From Nymphaea colorata (lineage: Eukaryota), in contig NC_045138.2 of assembly GCF_008831285.2 (NCBI RefSeq), positions 36,580,001 to 36,644,000 of the forward strand: a stretch of DNA of 64,000 bases. The letters run 5' to 3'. Every line of letters starts with the position of its first letter. Position 1 is the stretch's first letter. Of the stretch, positions 40,301 through 53,100 are shown piece after piece. A program made the translations under genes and the position numbers. Under the pieces are notes generated by a model. That model did not search any database, was not told where the DNA came from, and worked only from the letters and a program-made list of their open reading frames with translations.

Positions 40301-43300
40301 TTCTATAATGTAGTATCAATGTGTCACGGCCCACTCGTTTGAACAATGCCCCTCAAGTTGGCATTAGTTCTTTTCCTGCAATCACATTATAGCGATGAGA
40401 CTCTTTTAACTTTCATTTGCTCCAATGCTGCAACAGATCAATGAAAATTGATTCCTCTCAAAACCGTTTCCTAGTTTCAGAGCAATCCTGTTTTGGTGGA
40501 GAAATCTTACAAGTAGTGCCCTGAAGTCTTTAATTTGAAAATATATGTAGTACACTAAAGTTTTGCAATATATTCCAAAAGAAAGCAAACGAAGAATTTG
40601 CAGTATATATCGGCAGATTTAATACATTTTCCGGTCGATCACCGATGGAAACAGTATTGTGGCTGGGCCTTGCTAGCCTGAACAATAAAGCTCGATAGGA
40701 AAACCCATCATTTTACCTTCTCTTTTAGCTTTTAAGCTTTTTAATTAGAAAAAAGTCGGCATGCATTCCTGAGGCGTACGCCTCAACACAAAGCGCAATT
40801 TGTGGTGAAGCGCGCACCTTTCCTAGGTGGGTAAGATGTGCCCTCACACGTCAGCTAGGAAGCCTTTTCTTGCAAAATCGCATTGAGGCGTACGCTTCGT
40901 ACGCCTTTTGCAACACTGCATCCATTAACCCACAAAAGGCATAGTTCCCGTTGATGAAATCTCTCACATCCTCCCGCAGGGTTTGCATCGGTTGGACTTC
41001 ACATCCAATTGCTTGAAATTCATACTGATTGGATTATTCACTAGAAGCACTGATGCACAGATGTGATTGCACATAAATTGCATGATCCTCAGTGTCACTT
41101 TTTTTCTAAGAGCAGGTAGCTGCTGCTGTTTGGTTGAGCTTAGCCGGATATATGTATGTTCAGACGGGTTTCTTCTGTAAGAGATGATAATTCAACAAAT
41201 CTAAAATTTTATTTAAATGAATTACAACCTGCATTATTTTGGGACTAATGATCAACATCCACAACATTAAAGATTTGGTTATAAAATGAACATCTAAAAA
41301 ATCCATAAAAGGGAATGTAAGTTTATATTAAACATCGTCTAAAATTCGGGTGTATGGAATATGGATGACTTATCTAGTGAGATGTTCCTTGCAAACGCAT
41401 TCTGAAGGATGAACTCTGTGGTATAACAAAACGGTTTTCTTCTTTAAAATTTCTTTTTAGGAGCTTATAATTTTACTCTTCATGGTGCCTCAGAAAAATA
41501 ACAAAACGATCAATGTGTCTAAAAATGCAAAACATCAAAACCCGGATTAGCGTGTGAACAGACAGGAGACCGAAGAGTTGTTAATTGGGATTTTTGAAAC
41601 TTGGCTGAATTTTTGACAAGAACCTTCTCATTTGCTGCAAACTACTACCCCGTAAAAGCAACACTCTGACATATTGTAGGGACATTTGCTTTTGTTCTTC
41701 AGTTGGAATTAGCCAAGAAAGTTGTGCCTTCATGTGTAGCAAATTCTAGGAAACAATATCTAATATTTAAAAAGGTGGCATGTCGTCTGAACTCCTTGAA
41801 TCATATATCATCAAGGGCAGGGGAAGGGCAATAGTATCATCTGTCATAGACATGCAACTTAAACCCAAATATTTTATAAGACAGGCGAAGTAAAGTCGAG
41901 GATTGCGGCCAGTGCGCATCCCACAGACACAATTGGCTTCATCGTTTCTGTTACCCAATTTCTTTTTCCTCTCTCTATTTGCTGGCTGGCCTTCCAAATT
42001 GCAATCAATAGATGTGTTCCCGAGTTCCTCTGGTTGAAACGATTAACGAGCTGCGGCCAATTAATACTACTGGGACTATGATGCAATCTGCTAATTCTTT
42101 GCAGCGTCATCACACCATCTGATTAAAAAAAAAAAATCGTAAAAGACATTTAATGACAATGCGTTGGCCATTGACGGCCCCAGTTAAGAAGAGACTCGAT
42201 CTGCGGATTCCGCACAGCTTTCAAAAACAAAAAGGGATTTGGAAGCATGTGGGAGATGAGAACCAACTAAGGCAGACGAAAAACACATCTTCTTTCCTTC
42301 TTAGAATAGACCAGTATAGAATAGATCCAGCTTAGGCACGAGTTGGATGGAATGTTCTAACTTACGCATTTCATTTGTTTGTCTGAAGGCTCTGCTTCTT
42401 GGAATCATGCTTCTTCTGCCTTATCAATATGTCTTGGTGTCCTGTTATGATGCTGAACTGAGCTATGATTGCCACACTGATACATTCCATGTTTTGAGTT
42501 TTCATATAATCCATTTACCGTAGCAGGTTCGTCCTAAATTGGAATTCGGCAATTGAAGCGAGGCCATAATAATGCTAAAACTGACGATAGGAATCTCCTA
42601 CTGCGTGAAGTTGCTATATTGCTTATGGGTCTCTTTTAACTTGCTCTGTTCTTAAAGGTATCCACTGCGTTGATCGAGGAAGAAGTCCAGCCAGAGAGAT
42701 TGAGAGCTCCTCTACGTTTTGAAGTCCCGACATATGCTTAGTACAGAGTGAGCGATGCCAAGCTTGCGAACGATCATTGGAAGAGGAAACTGGCGCAACT
42801 TGCGAGTGGTAGGGGTAGATGTAGTTGGGGTCTTCATCCTAGCAATGAAACATAAATTCAGCGTTGGATTTGAATGGACCTAAGCAGTGGCGGAGCCAGA
42901 GCAGTCCCTTGGATCTGGGTAGGGCCAAACTAAATTTAAATCTAAAAATACATAGAGTGATTAAAAAATAATTTTTTTTTCAATGTAAATTTTTTTTTTT
43001 CATTTTGCCAGGGTGGGGCCATGGCCTAGGCGCCCCCCCTCCCTCCGCCCCTGGACCTGACCTAACTTCAGTTACATAAAGCAGCCCCACGAAACCTGAG
43101 TTACTACCTTATCGCTAATTTAAAATTTGTTAATTATATATTTAATGTTTCTTAAAAAAAAAAATTGGCAAGCTCGTCTAACCGCCCCATCAGTTGTGGC
43201 AACTGAATGTGCGTGGTAGTGGTAGCCTCTTGACCGAGAGTTGGCTGGCAAGAGGGTTCACTAATAAAGAGAAATGATGTGGGATTCCTTCTTGGGCATT

Positions 43301-43500
43301 GTGACAGATGAGCAAGTCCTCAAGGGTCCACCTACTCTCTCCTTCCGTCCACTGGACTCTCCCACCTGATGCCGTTCTCCTGACAACATCAACCTGATCC
43401 AACTAAATGGTCCAGTATCAACTTAATATATTACTGTTCATGAGCGAGTTCTATCTCGGTGTGGTCAGTTTGAAATAGGCTCAAGTGTCTTGAATGAAAC
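29015..43500 (+). repeat. Near-identical direct copy of ~12762-27212 (offset ~16.2-16.3 kb), probably an assembly overlap
   Basis: Identical ORFs recur (20285/36499, 20773/36987, 14101/30342). Both copies end in ...gtcttgaatgaaac. Differences are almost all homopolymer indels. Confidence 0.93.
35889..35954 (+). pseudogene. trnQ: Duplicate of the degenerate mitochondrial trnQ
   Basis: Same sequence as 19673-19738, inside the duplicated block. Confidence 0.75.
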
Positions 43501-46500
43501 TCGATCTTGACTCGAGTATGATTTCATTAGCTCGAGCTCAACTCGGCTCATGTTCTTCAAACTCGAACTAGGCTCTATTCGAGCTCGAGGTTTGCCGATC
43601 CAAACATTTAATTCAAAATGTATTTAAGATAATTTTAGCAATCTAATCACTTACATAGCTATTTGAGCAATCTATTTTTTTTAGATAATTTTATGCAACG
43701 TATTTTATATAATTTCTTTCACAAGCTTAACCGACTTTAACAAGTGGAACCCACTTAACTCGAGCTCGACCTGTTTAGGTATCTAGTTCTAGTCAAATTT
43801 ACGAGTGAGTTCAAGTTGAGCTAAAGTTAGCTCGATTTGCTTAAAAGCCCTTAGCTTGATAGTCGCATCCATCGGCCCATTTGCATCCTTGTTTTCAAGA
43901 CTTATTATGGTGGAACATAATTTGTCTCTTAACTAGTCGGACTGATTGTATTACGATGGCCTATTATATATTTAGAGAGCGTCGTCATCTTATAGACAAT
44001 AACAACCCTTTTTTTTTTCCCAAAAACTGAAACCGAAACTTTACATTGAAAATAATAGTATTCAAGACTTAATGTAGACGAAATGAAATTTGGGCAAGTC
44101 ATGGGCCAAATTTTTTATTGATGGTAAATTGTGTTTTAAAAAAAAAATTATATGGAACAAATATTCATGCCGTGAAATGCCCTTTAGGAGCGCATCACTA
44201 TATCTGTCATTAACGGAAATATTACAAGTACAATCAGCAGATTTGTTCATCCTATCGGCTACCTTTAAGTTATATAGACCTACTAATTTCAAAGGTACCC
44301 CATATAGTAGATATTGCTATTGCATTGAAATAATTAATATTGAATTAATGATTGTCCATCAAAATGATGGACACTAACCCCATGGAGATTGACTTGCTTG
44401 TATTGTAGAGTTTGAGTAAAGCCTTTTGCTTGTTCCAACCATATATATATATCAAGCCACTTGGATAAAAGAGAAAGTTCAGATCTATTACAATTAATTA
44501 TTCAAATGTTGCTTAGGCCTTTTAGACTAGCAAGGAATCTTAATTTTCCATGTATATATAAAGCCGTAGTGTAGAAGAATCCGTATCTTGTATAGAAAAT
44601 ATGGATTCCTCCATCCTCGGGCTTGGGTTGCGTGTATAGTAGGCCGGATGGCTACATGGGTAGAAAAATCTTTACACAGCTCCTTCCATTTGTAGTGGCC
44701 AGATGGTTTGGAGGACTCCAATGCCTTATATATATTTATATCGATATGTGTATGTGTGTATGTGTATGGTAGTTGAGAGGTCTTACTAGACAGAGGGTTA
44801 TGTCTCATTCACTAGACAGAGGGTTATGTCTCATTCACTGGTGTCCAAAGCTCAATCCGCCATAAAAAGTTCATTTGTCCACGCCCTTGGCCAAACATTT
44901 ACTGTTTTGCAGTGTTTTGTTCGTTAACAGGTTGAACTAAGTTTTAAGTTTCCCATTCATTAATTCTTTTTATTGTGGCTGTTTGATTAAGCTTTCTTCA
45001 TTAACTGATTAAATTTTTATAATGTGCATTGTGTAGATTTTAGGCATTTGTTTGTGTGTGGAGAGAAAGACACAGGGAGGATTTTTGCTGATTTATTTTT
45101 TGTTTTGGCATATATGTCCGGGACTTAGGGTCATTTAGAGAGAAGGAAAGAGAGTGTGTGTGGATTTTTATTGGTTCATCTGATTTTATAATTTATATAT
45201 TTCGTTAATTTTTTCTGTCACATACGGATTTAATGTCATTTGTAGAGAGAAAGAATTTAACATAGACGATATAATGTGGATCATTTCTTCGGCATGTCTT
45301 GATCAGACCATGTACGTCGGATACTCAACCCTAAGAAGGCACTTTGAAGAGGGGAGTTCACAGTGACTCCGCTGAAGCTCCACCCTTCAGCTCAAACTCA
45401 ATTCATTTGTTAAATGAAACGAATTCAACTCGGTAGTTCAACTTGAGCAATTTAACAAGCAAAAATAAAGCTGTTTGATTGCTTTTTGTTATAGAGAGAA
45501 GAAAGAAATTAACTAACGGTATTTTTTCTTAGTTGGCATCCTTTTAGTGCATCATTTAAGTATCAAAGAACTTTTTGCTTTCTTAAGTTGCAATCATATT
45601 TTATAGATTATGGACGGAAGCCCACATATACCCACATTTGATTCTTCACCTTTTCTTTTCGGGCTTTGTTAATTCTGCTCTGCTTCCTTACCCTCTCTTG
45701 GTGTATATGCGTGCGGGCTGAAAGCGTTCAAGCTCAACCCCACCATCGGAGAATTTTAAAGCTCCCATCTTTTCCTTTTTCGCCTTTATTTTATTCCCAT
45801 TCACAGAGAGAGAGAGAAAGAAACTTGATCTGGTTTTGCTTCGAATGGGTAACATAACAGTACGTTTTGGATCTGAATCTGATCATGCTAATCCATATTA
45901 GACAAGACTATCCATATCCAATGGATCAGGACATGCTCTAAGTAAAAAAAAGAACCTGCATACATGCCCCTGTGTCCATGAACATGTCACAGGTTATTGT
46001 GAATATGAATGAAAAAATATTATTATGAAGGCAAACACAAATGGAAATTTCATGAAGGTGATGTAGACTGCATGTCACATGACAGTGCATGTAATCTCTC
46101 TTGCCAGTGGAATAGTCAATTGATAGAGAAAATGGACATTGTAGGTTGTTGAGCTGAACAACATTGGTTGTGCCATGCCCTCGACTAACCTATGCTCTTC
46201 TTCTAACAAGTGGAAGCAATATTGTTTTTGTTGTCTAGAAGAAGAGTGTTCTCTGATAGTACTTAACGAATCATGATGCAACAAAAGAGATTATCTTCTC
46301 CTTTGATCCATGATCAACTGATTGAATTAATGAACAGTGAATAATAACCATGGTTGTTTTTCAATAGCAAGAAAGGGAAACTAAAAGCAGGACATGTTTA
46401 AATCAGTGAACGGAGAGCGTCGGGAGAGAGAGAGACGGGGAGACAGATCCCGGGAAGCTGGATCGTACGGATAACAATAGAGCACAAAGCACAGACAGAG

Positions 46501-46955
46501 TGTAATTTTATAAATACTAAACTTTTATTTACTAAATTTATAAGGCCCTCAGTTGGCAAAAGGAGAGAATGACAATGCAAGAGAGCAGAAGCTTGAACCT
46601 CCGGTGAAGGACAGCATAATGTTTAGCGCCACGTCTCTGATGGGTTCGCTATCTCCCACGCTGACAGGAAGAACAGGGCGATCGGAACTTAGACGCTTGA
46701 GCAAGAGGAAGGGGACCTGACGGACGAATGGTTTCAAAGATAGAAGCTGCTGCTGCTGCAGCTGTTCGAAACCAAGCCATCGCCGCCTCTGCAAACAAGC
46801 CACGACGCAGGATCCGGGAAACAAGAAGAATGGGGGGCTTCCGGCCTTTTTTTCTTTCTGACGGTGGATTAACACCTTTCCCGCTCACCCGAAAGCTGTG
46901 TTTTGAGCGGGAAGCTCATCCTCGGCTGTGTTTTATAGGCCGTGGTGGGTCCCAC

Positions 46956-47315
46956 TTAAAACACAGACTTCGGCGGTTTGTAGTAGTCAGGTGGAGGAGG
47001 AGATGGGGAAGGTGGTGGAGGGGTCTTGTAATAGTACGGTGGCGGCGGTGAAGGAGAAGGTGGTGGTGGAGACTTGTTGTAGTATGGTGGTCGACGAGAG
47101 GGGGACGGAGGCGGCGGTGATTTGTAATAGTAAGGAGGTGGCGACGACGGCGAAAGAGGTGGTGGTGATTTGTACATATAAGGCGGTGGTGGTGGCGACA
47201 AGTAGGTATACTGGCCAGAGACTGCCGCATTGCTAGCAGAGAACCATACCACAGCAGCAAAGAGCACATGAAGCAATACGCGACCCCATTTGGGGTCCCC
47301 GGAGTGGAGGACCAT
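46956..47315 (-). CDS. Extensin-like (SP4/YYYK hydroxyproline-rich glycoprotein) ORF, 119 aa, probably a truncated 5' fragment
   Basis: Signal-peptide-like N-terminus (GDPKWGRVLLHVLFAAVVWFSAS), then SPPPPSPSPPPPYYYK repeats, several degenerate. It switches abruptly to unrelated sequence before the stop. Confidence 0.75.
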   Translation of the reverse strand: MVLHSGDPKWGRVLLHVLFAAVVWFSASNAAVSGQYTYLSPPPPPYMYKSPPPLSPSSPPPYYYKSPPPPSPSRRPPYYNKSPPPPSPSPPPPYYYKTPPPPSPSPPPPDYYKPPKSVF

Positions 47316-47645
47316 TCCACCGGAAAATCACCAACTCAGGTAACTTTGCCTTTCCCCCCTTGTTTCCAGGTATCTGGAAACGGTGACAGGAAAACAATGT
47401 GGAGGGGGAAGAAGAAACCTGAGTGTGTGCTAGCAAACATAAGTGTCAAGGTGAAACCTTGGTCCAAGTAAATTGGATCTCACAAAGAACTGGTAGTAAC
47501 AGGAGAGTTGGGAAAAATACTGATCACTTTATATCATGTCGCAAATAAACCTAACACAACATGATTTTCAAAATTTTTTAAAATTTTATATTCTCACTGT
47601 AGAGTTGTCATCTAAGTGATATTTTAATTCAAAAGATTCAATGAT

Positions 47646-47676
<31 letters not shown>

Positions 47677-48238
47677 AACTTGAGGAATGACTTGTTCTTT
47701 GGTGACTCCGTCTGCGGGGAAAGTTTCAAAATTTTGGGGAGAGAGAGGAAATCTAGAGAGAGAGAGAGAGAATCATTGAATCTTTTGAATTAAAATATCA
47801 CTTAGATGACAGCCCTACAGTGAGGTTATAAAATTTTAAAAATTTTTGAAAATCAAGTTGTTAGGTTTATTTGGGACATGATATAAAGTGATCAGTACTT
47901 TTCCCAACTCTCCTGTTACTACCAGTTCTTTATGAGATCCAATTTACTTGGACCAAGGTTTCTCCTTGACACTGTATGTTTGCTAGAACACACTCAGGTC
48001 TCTTCTTCCCCCTCCACATTGTTTTCCTGTCACCGTTTCCAAATACCTGGAAACAAGGGGGGAAAGGCAAAGTTTCCTGAGTTGGTGATTTTCCGGTGGC
48101 ATGGTCCTGCACTCCGGGGACCTCAAATGGGATCGCATTGCCTCATGTGCTCTTTGCTGCTGTGGTATGGTTCTCTGCTAGCAATGCGGTAGTCTTTGGC
48201 CAGTATGCCTACTCGTCGCCACCACCACCACCTCCTTA
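47179..48238. repeat. Hairpin IR-E: arms 47179-47677 / 47754-48238, head-to-head duplication of the extensin 5' end
   Basis: gcattgctagcagagaaccataccacagcagcaaagagcacatg pairs with catgtgctctttgctgctgtggtatggttctctgctagcaatgc. The innermost pairing is (CT)n with (AG)n. Confidence 0.95.
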
Positions 48239-48239
48239 A
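48101..48239 (+). pseudogene. Frameshifted extensin 5' fragment (right arm of IR-E)
   Basis: ATG GTC CTG CAC TCC GGG GAC..., with a 2-nt deletion relative to the left copy. It ends after the first SPPPP. Confidence 0.85.
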
Positions 48240-51200
48240 AAACAAAAAAAGTTAAAAAAGTTCAAATCAAGACGTGGGGATGTGGAAATAATATTTGTCA
48301 CCATGCTTTAACCTAAAGCCGTGCGACTTCTGTATTTGAGGGAAGCTTAGTAATTAATTCCTAAAAGCAAGAGATGGGGTGTTTTAAATTAATGTATCGG
48401 AGGACAACGAAAACTAGGAGCTGCATCGATGGTCTTAATCAGGTTGTCGAGCTTACCACAACTTGATGAAGTACTTAAAAATCTCTGATGCAATTCGCTA
48501 GAATCGATGAGAGCAACAGTATGAGAAAGAGAGAGAGAGAGGAGAGAGATCATGATTGAATCGATAAAAAATCATCACCAACCTTTTATATTGTGGGAGA
48601 GAATAATGGAGGGCTGGAATTATAAAATTCTAAAATTAAAATTTTCATTTTTAACGAAATAAAATTGTGTTATCAAATAGAAAATTTGATATGAGCTCAT
48701 TCCAGATTTTTATAATTCATGTTTTATCGAACACGTCCATTTTTATTCTAGAATCAAAATTTCAAACTGTCAAACTAAAACTAAAATTTTCAATCCAATT
48801 CCAATTTGAGGTGAAATTTGTACACAATACTGATACAAAAGCCATCACTAGAATTTGTAGCAGAAGAAGCCGTAGGACTTGTCGGAGAAAACAACAATGG
48901 GTTCAGTACTCCTTTTGAAAACTAATATTGGAATTGTCTCTATTTTTTTTTTCACAGTACTATTTGGAAAAAATTATAAAAGACCACTCAAAGTTTAGAA
49001 GAATAACAAACAGGTACCTAATTTTTAAAAATTACAACAACTCGGCACTCAACGTTTCAACCAGCAATTGACACGCTTCTCTTTAACCTCACTAGCCGCA
49101 TCAAACAACCAATTTTCTCAAAAACATATTAGAATAATCATAAAAGTAGCAAACATGACACCTTCAGTTAAACGGCCACCATCGTTGCCGTCATTGCTGT
49201 AAAATGGCAAATACCGGCGAGGGTGGTTCGTTGGATTTGGACCCAATTTATGCTACATTATCTACCAGCCCATGATATTCTTACCCATCGGTGCCTATTA
49301 TCATATTTATTTTTTAATTAATTTAATAAGATAACAAGAAAAAATATAAATAAACCTATATTAAATTCTAGTTGTATGGATTAAATGCTCGGCAAATCAT
49401 TAATTGGAATAAAAGTAACTTGTTATTTGAGGGATGACGATGAGGTCTTATTTGATGCCCTCGGATTTAAGATCCAGGGGTTGATTTCAGATCATTGGAT
49501 CTAAGATCTGAAGTTTTTAAAATCTGTTGTTAAAGAAGCAGTGTTTGTTTTTACTATTTTCATTTCATCATTTTCTCTCTCCTTGTATCTAGGGGATTAT
49601 TTGTCCTCAAATTTTGTTATGCATCTTGATTTTATCGGCTCTGTTTCTCTCTCAGGTACAGCCATCCGACCAGAGCAGCGGTGGATGTGGGCTTCGACTC
49701 TAACCCAGGCAGTAGTAGGATGAAAACTCATCAGAAAGGTCAAATCAAGTTAGTGGTTAATATTAACAACATGGCATCTTGGTCGCTATGTGCTTAAATT
49801 AACCTAAAATTTGACAAACCGAATAATTGGCATCTAGTGCTTAAGTCCCACAGATTCTTATTGGACTCTCTGGCATGAAGTCTCTAGAGCGAAAGGAACT
49901 GAACTTTAAATATGCAAATGCGAATTTATAACGATTGAACAAGTCAAGCTCTTACAACATAATATGACCGGATTAATAAGCCAAGCATGTCTTGGCCAAT
50001 TCGAAAAAATTTCATTTCTTCAAACCTAAGTACAGAAAATGAGCTACCTAGATTCTTGTGAGTCAAAACTCAGGCTATCCCCATGTTTCAAAAGCTTGGA
50101 AAGTAGAGCCAGCTGAATTTTGATCAAGTTTTTTAGTTAAGAAAATTCCCAAATACTCAAGCAACTGAAACACATGTTTCACTAACTCCGTTGTATAAAT
50201 GGATTTAAAATTGTGTCAATTTTTTACTTAAGTTTTGATGAAATGCTTGAATTTATATGATTTTGACAAACTTTTGGTATAGGTTTTCATTAGACCTAGC
50301 CATGTTGGTCATCTTCTTTGAGCATTGCGCCTTAGGCTAAGGCCAATTTTTTCAATGTCGATTGAACTTGGACCAGCCTCTGGTTTGTGGTTGGTAAAAT
50401 TCATAGGGGCATTTGCTTACTAGATTTAACATCTAAGGTCATATGAGATCTTTAGATCCAAGAACAAGAATATGAATTCTTCTGTTTGAAACATGCATCG
50501 ATGACATCATTAATCTGTATTTTTTGCATTTTAAACTTCGTACATGGACTCTACTTGACATTTATGAACTTGAGCGATATTGATGATCTTAAATTTATGA
50601 TTCTCAAATTTGCAGATTGCCAAAACTCTGAACTGAAAATCAGCCCTACAAAAACAACCAATCTCTTGGATCCAAGATTCAAGATGATTAAATACACCCA
50701 TAAATCTTCTCAACCTATTAAAAGGCAAACTACATTTTAACCTTAGAGAAAAGGAGTTCTGAACTCATGGCATCCTGGGGCCATGGCGCCATGCTCACGC
50801 AGACGTTTAGCTAGGACTGTGGGCGTCCTGATGAGCTTATGAGATTCAAAAGCTGTCTCATCAAATTCATTGATGAGCAACAATTGTTTTTTTTCCTGGA
50901 CGGCGACATCAACCTTTTAATTTCTTAGCAGTAGCGAAAAAGGTTTTTGTGGGCAGTTGCCGCCAGCTTCAAGTGTTTCATGAATTTGAAAAGAGTAAGT
51001 GCTCTCTCATCTAGCTTGCCATAGTTTAATAGAAACCCAAGAAACTAAAAGCGATTCAATCAATTGTCACTCGTTCAAAGCAAGCGTGTCAAGAGTTGAG
51101 TATATAAACCTCTTGAACTTTCTGATATCTTGTAGCTTGCTTCGCCAATCTGGCCTACCTAGTCGAGGAAAAGAAGCCAATAACCATAGGCGCCTGGGTA

Positions 51201-51611
51201 TGCAACATGACATCGAAGATAGGACCATCTGTCATATAGATACATAATGGAAGGGGGTCAATAAACCAGCCCAGACGGCCACCTCCATCAGGAGGCAGCA
51301 GGCAAGTGCCAAGCTACCAAGCAAGGAGAGACGGCCATGAGTGGAGGAGTAGGGAGCGGTACTTGGAGTTGATGGATGGTGGTGTACTTTACGTGGTGTT
51401 TAAACTATTTATATGGGGAAAGAAGATGGCCACAGGCTGGAATTATGAGCTTGGGATACAGAGCTGGTAAAAGCAAGACTGGTTCAAGCAGCGGCTGATG
51501 GTGCCATCTTCTATCTCCCTCTGCATTTTCTGTGTTCTTCGAGGGGAGGGGGGTGGGGGAGAAAGAGAGAAACAGAGGAAAATAAAGGAAAAGAGAGAGA
51601 GAAACAAGGGG

Positions 51612-52540
51612 TTTCTCTTCCTCGGTCTGGAAGAAGGGAGGAGGCTTGGGGTTTTGGCTTAGTGGCGAATTGTATGGGAGCTCTCCCCCTTATGTAGGGA
51701 AGCGACAACCACCTGAGTCAATTACATGATATTTATAACTTCTCCTTCTCGAGGCCGTCTCTCATTCCCTGGCTTCTACGTTGCTCCCAAAAAACAAGCA
51801 CCTTATCACAATGATCGCCACGTATGAAGATGGGACAATTTCATAATTATATACACCCAAATAAACATGCTGAGTCAAATGTAAGCGTTCAAACGTGAAG
51901 CCTTGTTTTATGAATACTTTCACTTGGCCTTGTTTTATGAATACTTTCACTTGTCTTTGATAACGTGGAAAGATTTTTCTTGTTGATGAATTTACTAGAA
52001 CAGCCTCACGCTTTCTGTGGAATGACACCAAGCTACCGTGATTATGGTTTGGACGTGAGGACGCTCCGCCCTTCAAATAAACGTGCAAACCATAATCACG
52101 GCAGCTTGTGCTCCAAATTTAGTGGAGGTGTCATTCCACAGAAAGCGTGAGGCTGTTCGTTCTAGTAAATTCATCAACAAGAAAAATCTTTCCACGTTAT
52201 CAAAATACGGCAGAAGTGGGGCGGATTTCTTTTCTCCCACTGGTACGAGACAAGTGAAAGCATTCATAAAACAAGGCTTCACGTTTGAACGCTTAGATTT
52301 GACTCAGCATGTTTATTTGGGTGCGCATAATTATGAAATTTCCCGTCTTCATGCGTATGCGTGGCGATCACTGTGATAAGGTGCTTGTTTTTTGGGAGCA
52401 AGGTAGAAGCGAGGGAATGAGAGACGGCCTCGGGAAGGAGAAGTTATAAATATCATGTAATTGACTCAGGTGGTTGTCGCTTCCCCATAGAAGGGAGCTC
52501 AACCCCAAGCCTCCACTTTCTTCCAAACCGAGAAAGAGAA
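51612..52540. repeat. Hairpin IR-F: arms ~51612-52056 / 52081-52540, 24-nt loop
   Basis: gggaagcgacaaccacctgagtcaattacatg pairs with catgtaattgactcaggtggttgtcgcttccc, and ccgtgattatggtttg pairs with caaaccataatcacgg. Confidence 0.93.
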
Positions 52541-52593
52541 ATGTGGTAAAGTCACATTTCTTCCAGTAGATGTCAGCATAATTCTTGCGTCAT

Positions 52594-53100
52594 CTTATTC
52601 GGAAGTGCATCCTTCTCGCTCTGAATGCTAGCGGAATCGGCCAAGTCAGCTAGAGCTCCGTGCATTCGCATCCCTGAGTCGTATCAGGCAACAGTGAGGG
52701 AGCACACACTATGAACCACAAGAAATCTTGTCATAAACCGACGATGAGAAAATGGGCGACAGTGTGACACCCCAAAAGAGAAAATGAATAAGAAAATGGA
52801 AAGAACATGTTCCATATAAAAATATTACTCAACGGTTCCGTCGTGCTATTTGTCCAGAAAAAGATATATATGAAAAGACGTATGAAGCAAGAGCAGAGGA
52901 TACGTTAACCGAGAGCAGTCATGAAAGTGCAGGCGAACAAGAGAGGCACCTCTCTTCGGGTGGGACGTCAACGACGAGCCTTCTAATCGTGATGAGAACA
53001 CACCAAGTCCTGTAAAGATCAGGTTATGAGATGTGCATGTGCAACGGTGTTCAAGCGGCACAGAGCAAGAGAGAGCAAGATGAAGATGAAGAAGAAAGAG
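52594..53100 (-). pseudogene. Class III peroxidase pseudogene fragment (exon 1 - intron 1 - start of exon 2)
   Basis: The minus strand gives AHAHL..PDLYRTWC..LITIRRLVVD..RGASLVRLHFHDC..VN|gt, then cag|GC..LADSASIQSEKDALPNK, with several frameshifts. Confidence 0.85.

Noticed and set aside
29015..43500. Genuine recent tandem segmental duplication
   Set aside because: It abuts the gap and differs by polarised homopolymer indels. Assembly overlap is more parsimonious, though not proven.
14101..45857. Many recurring 60-130 aa ORFs in modules X, Y and M1
   Set aside because: They lie in AT-rich repeats, frames are not kept between diverged copies, and they have no domains.
46700..46781. 2-oxoglutarate dehydrogenase E1 N-terminus (MAWFR...)
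   Set aside because: Similarity is limited to about five residues and does not continue downstream.
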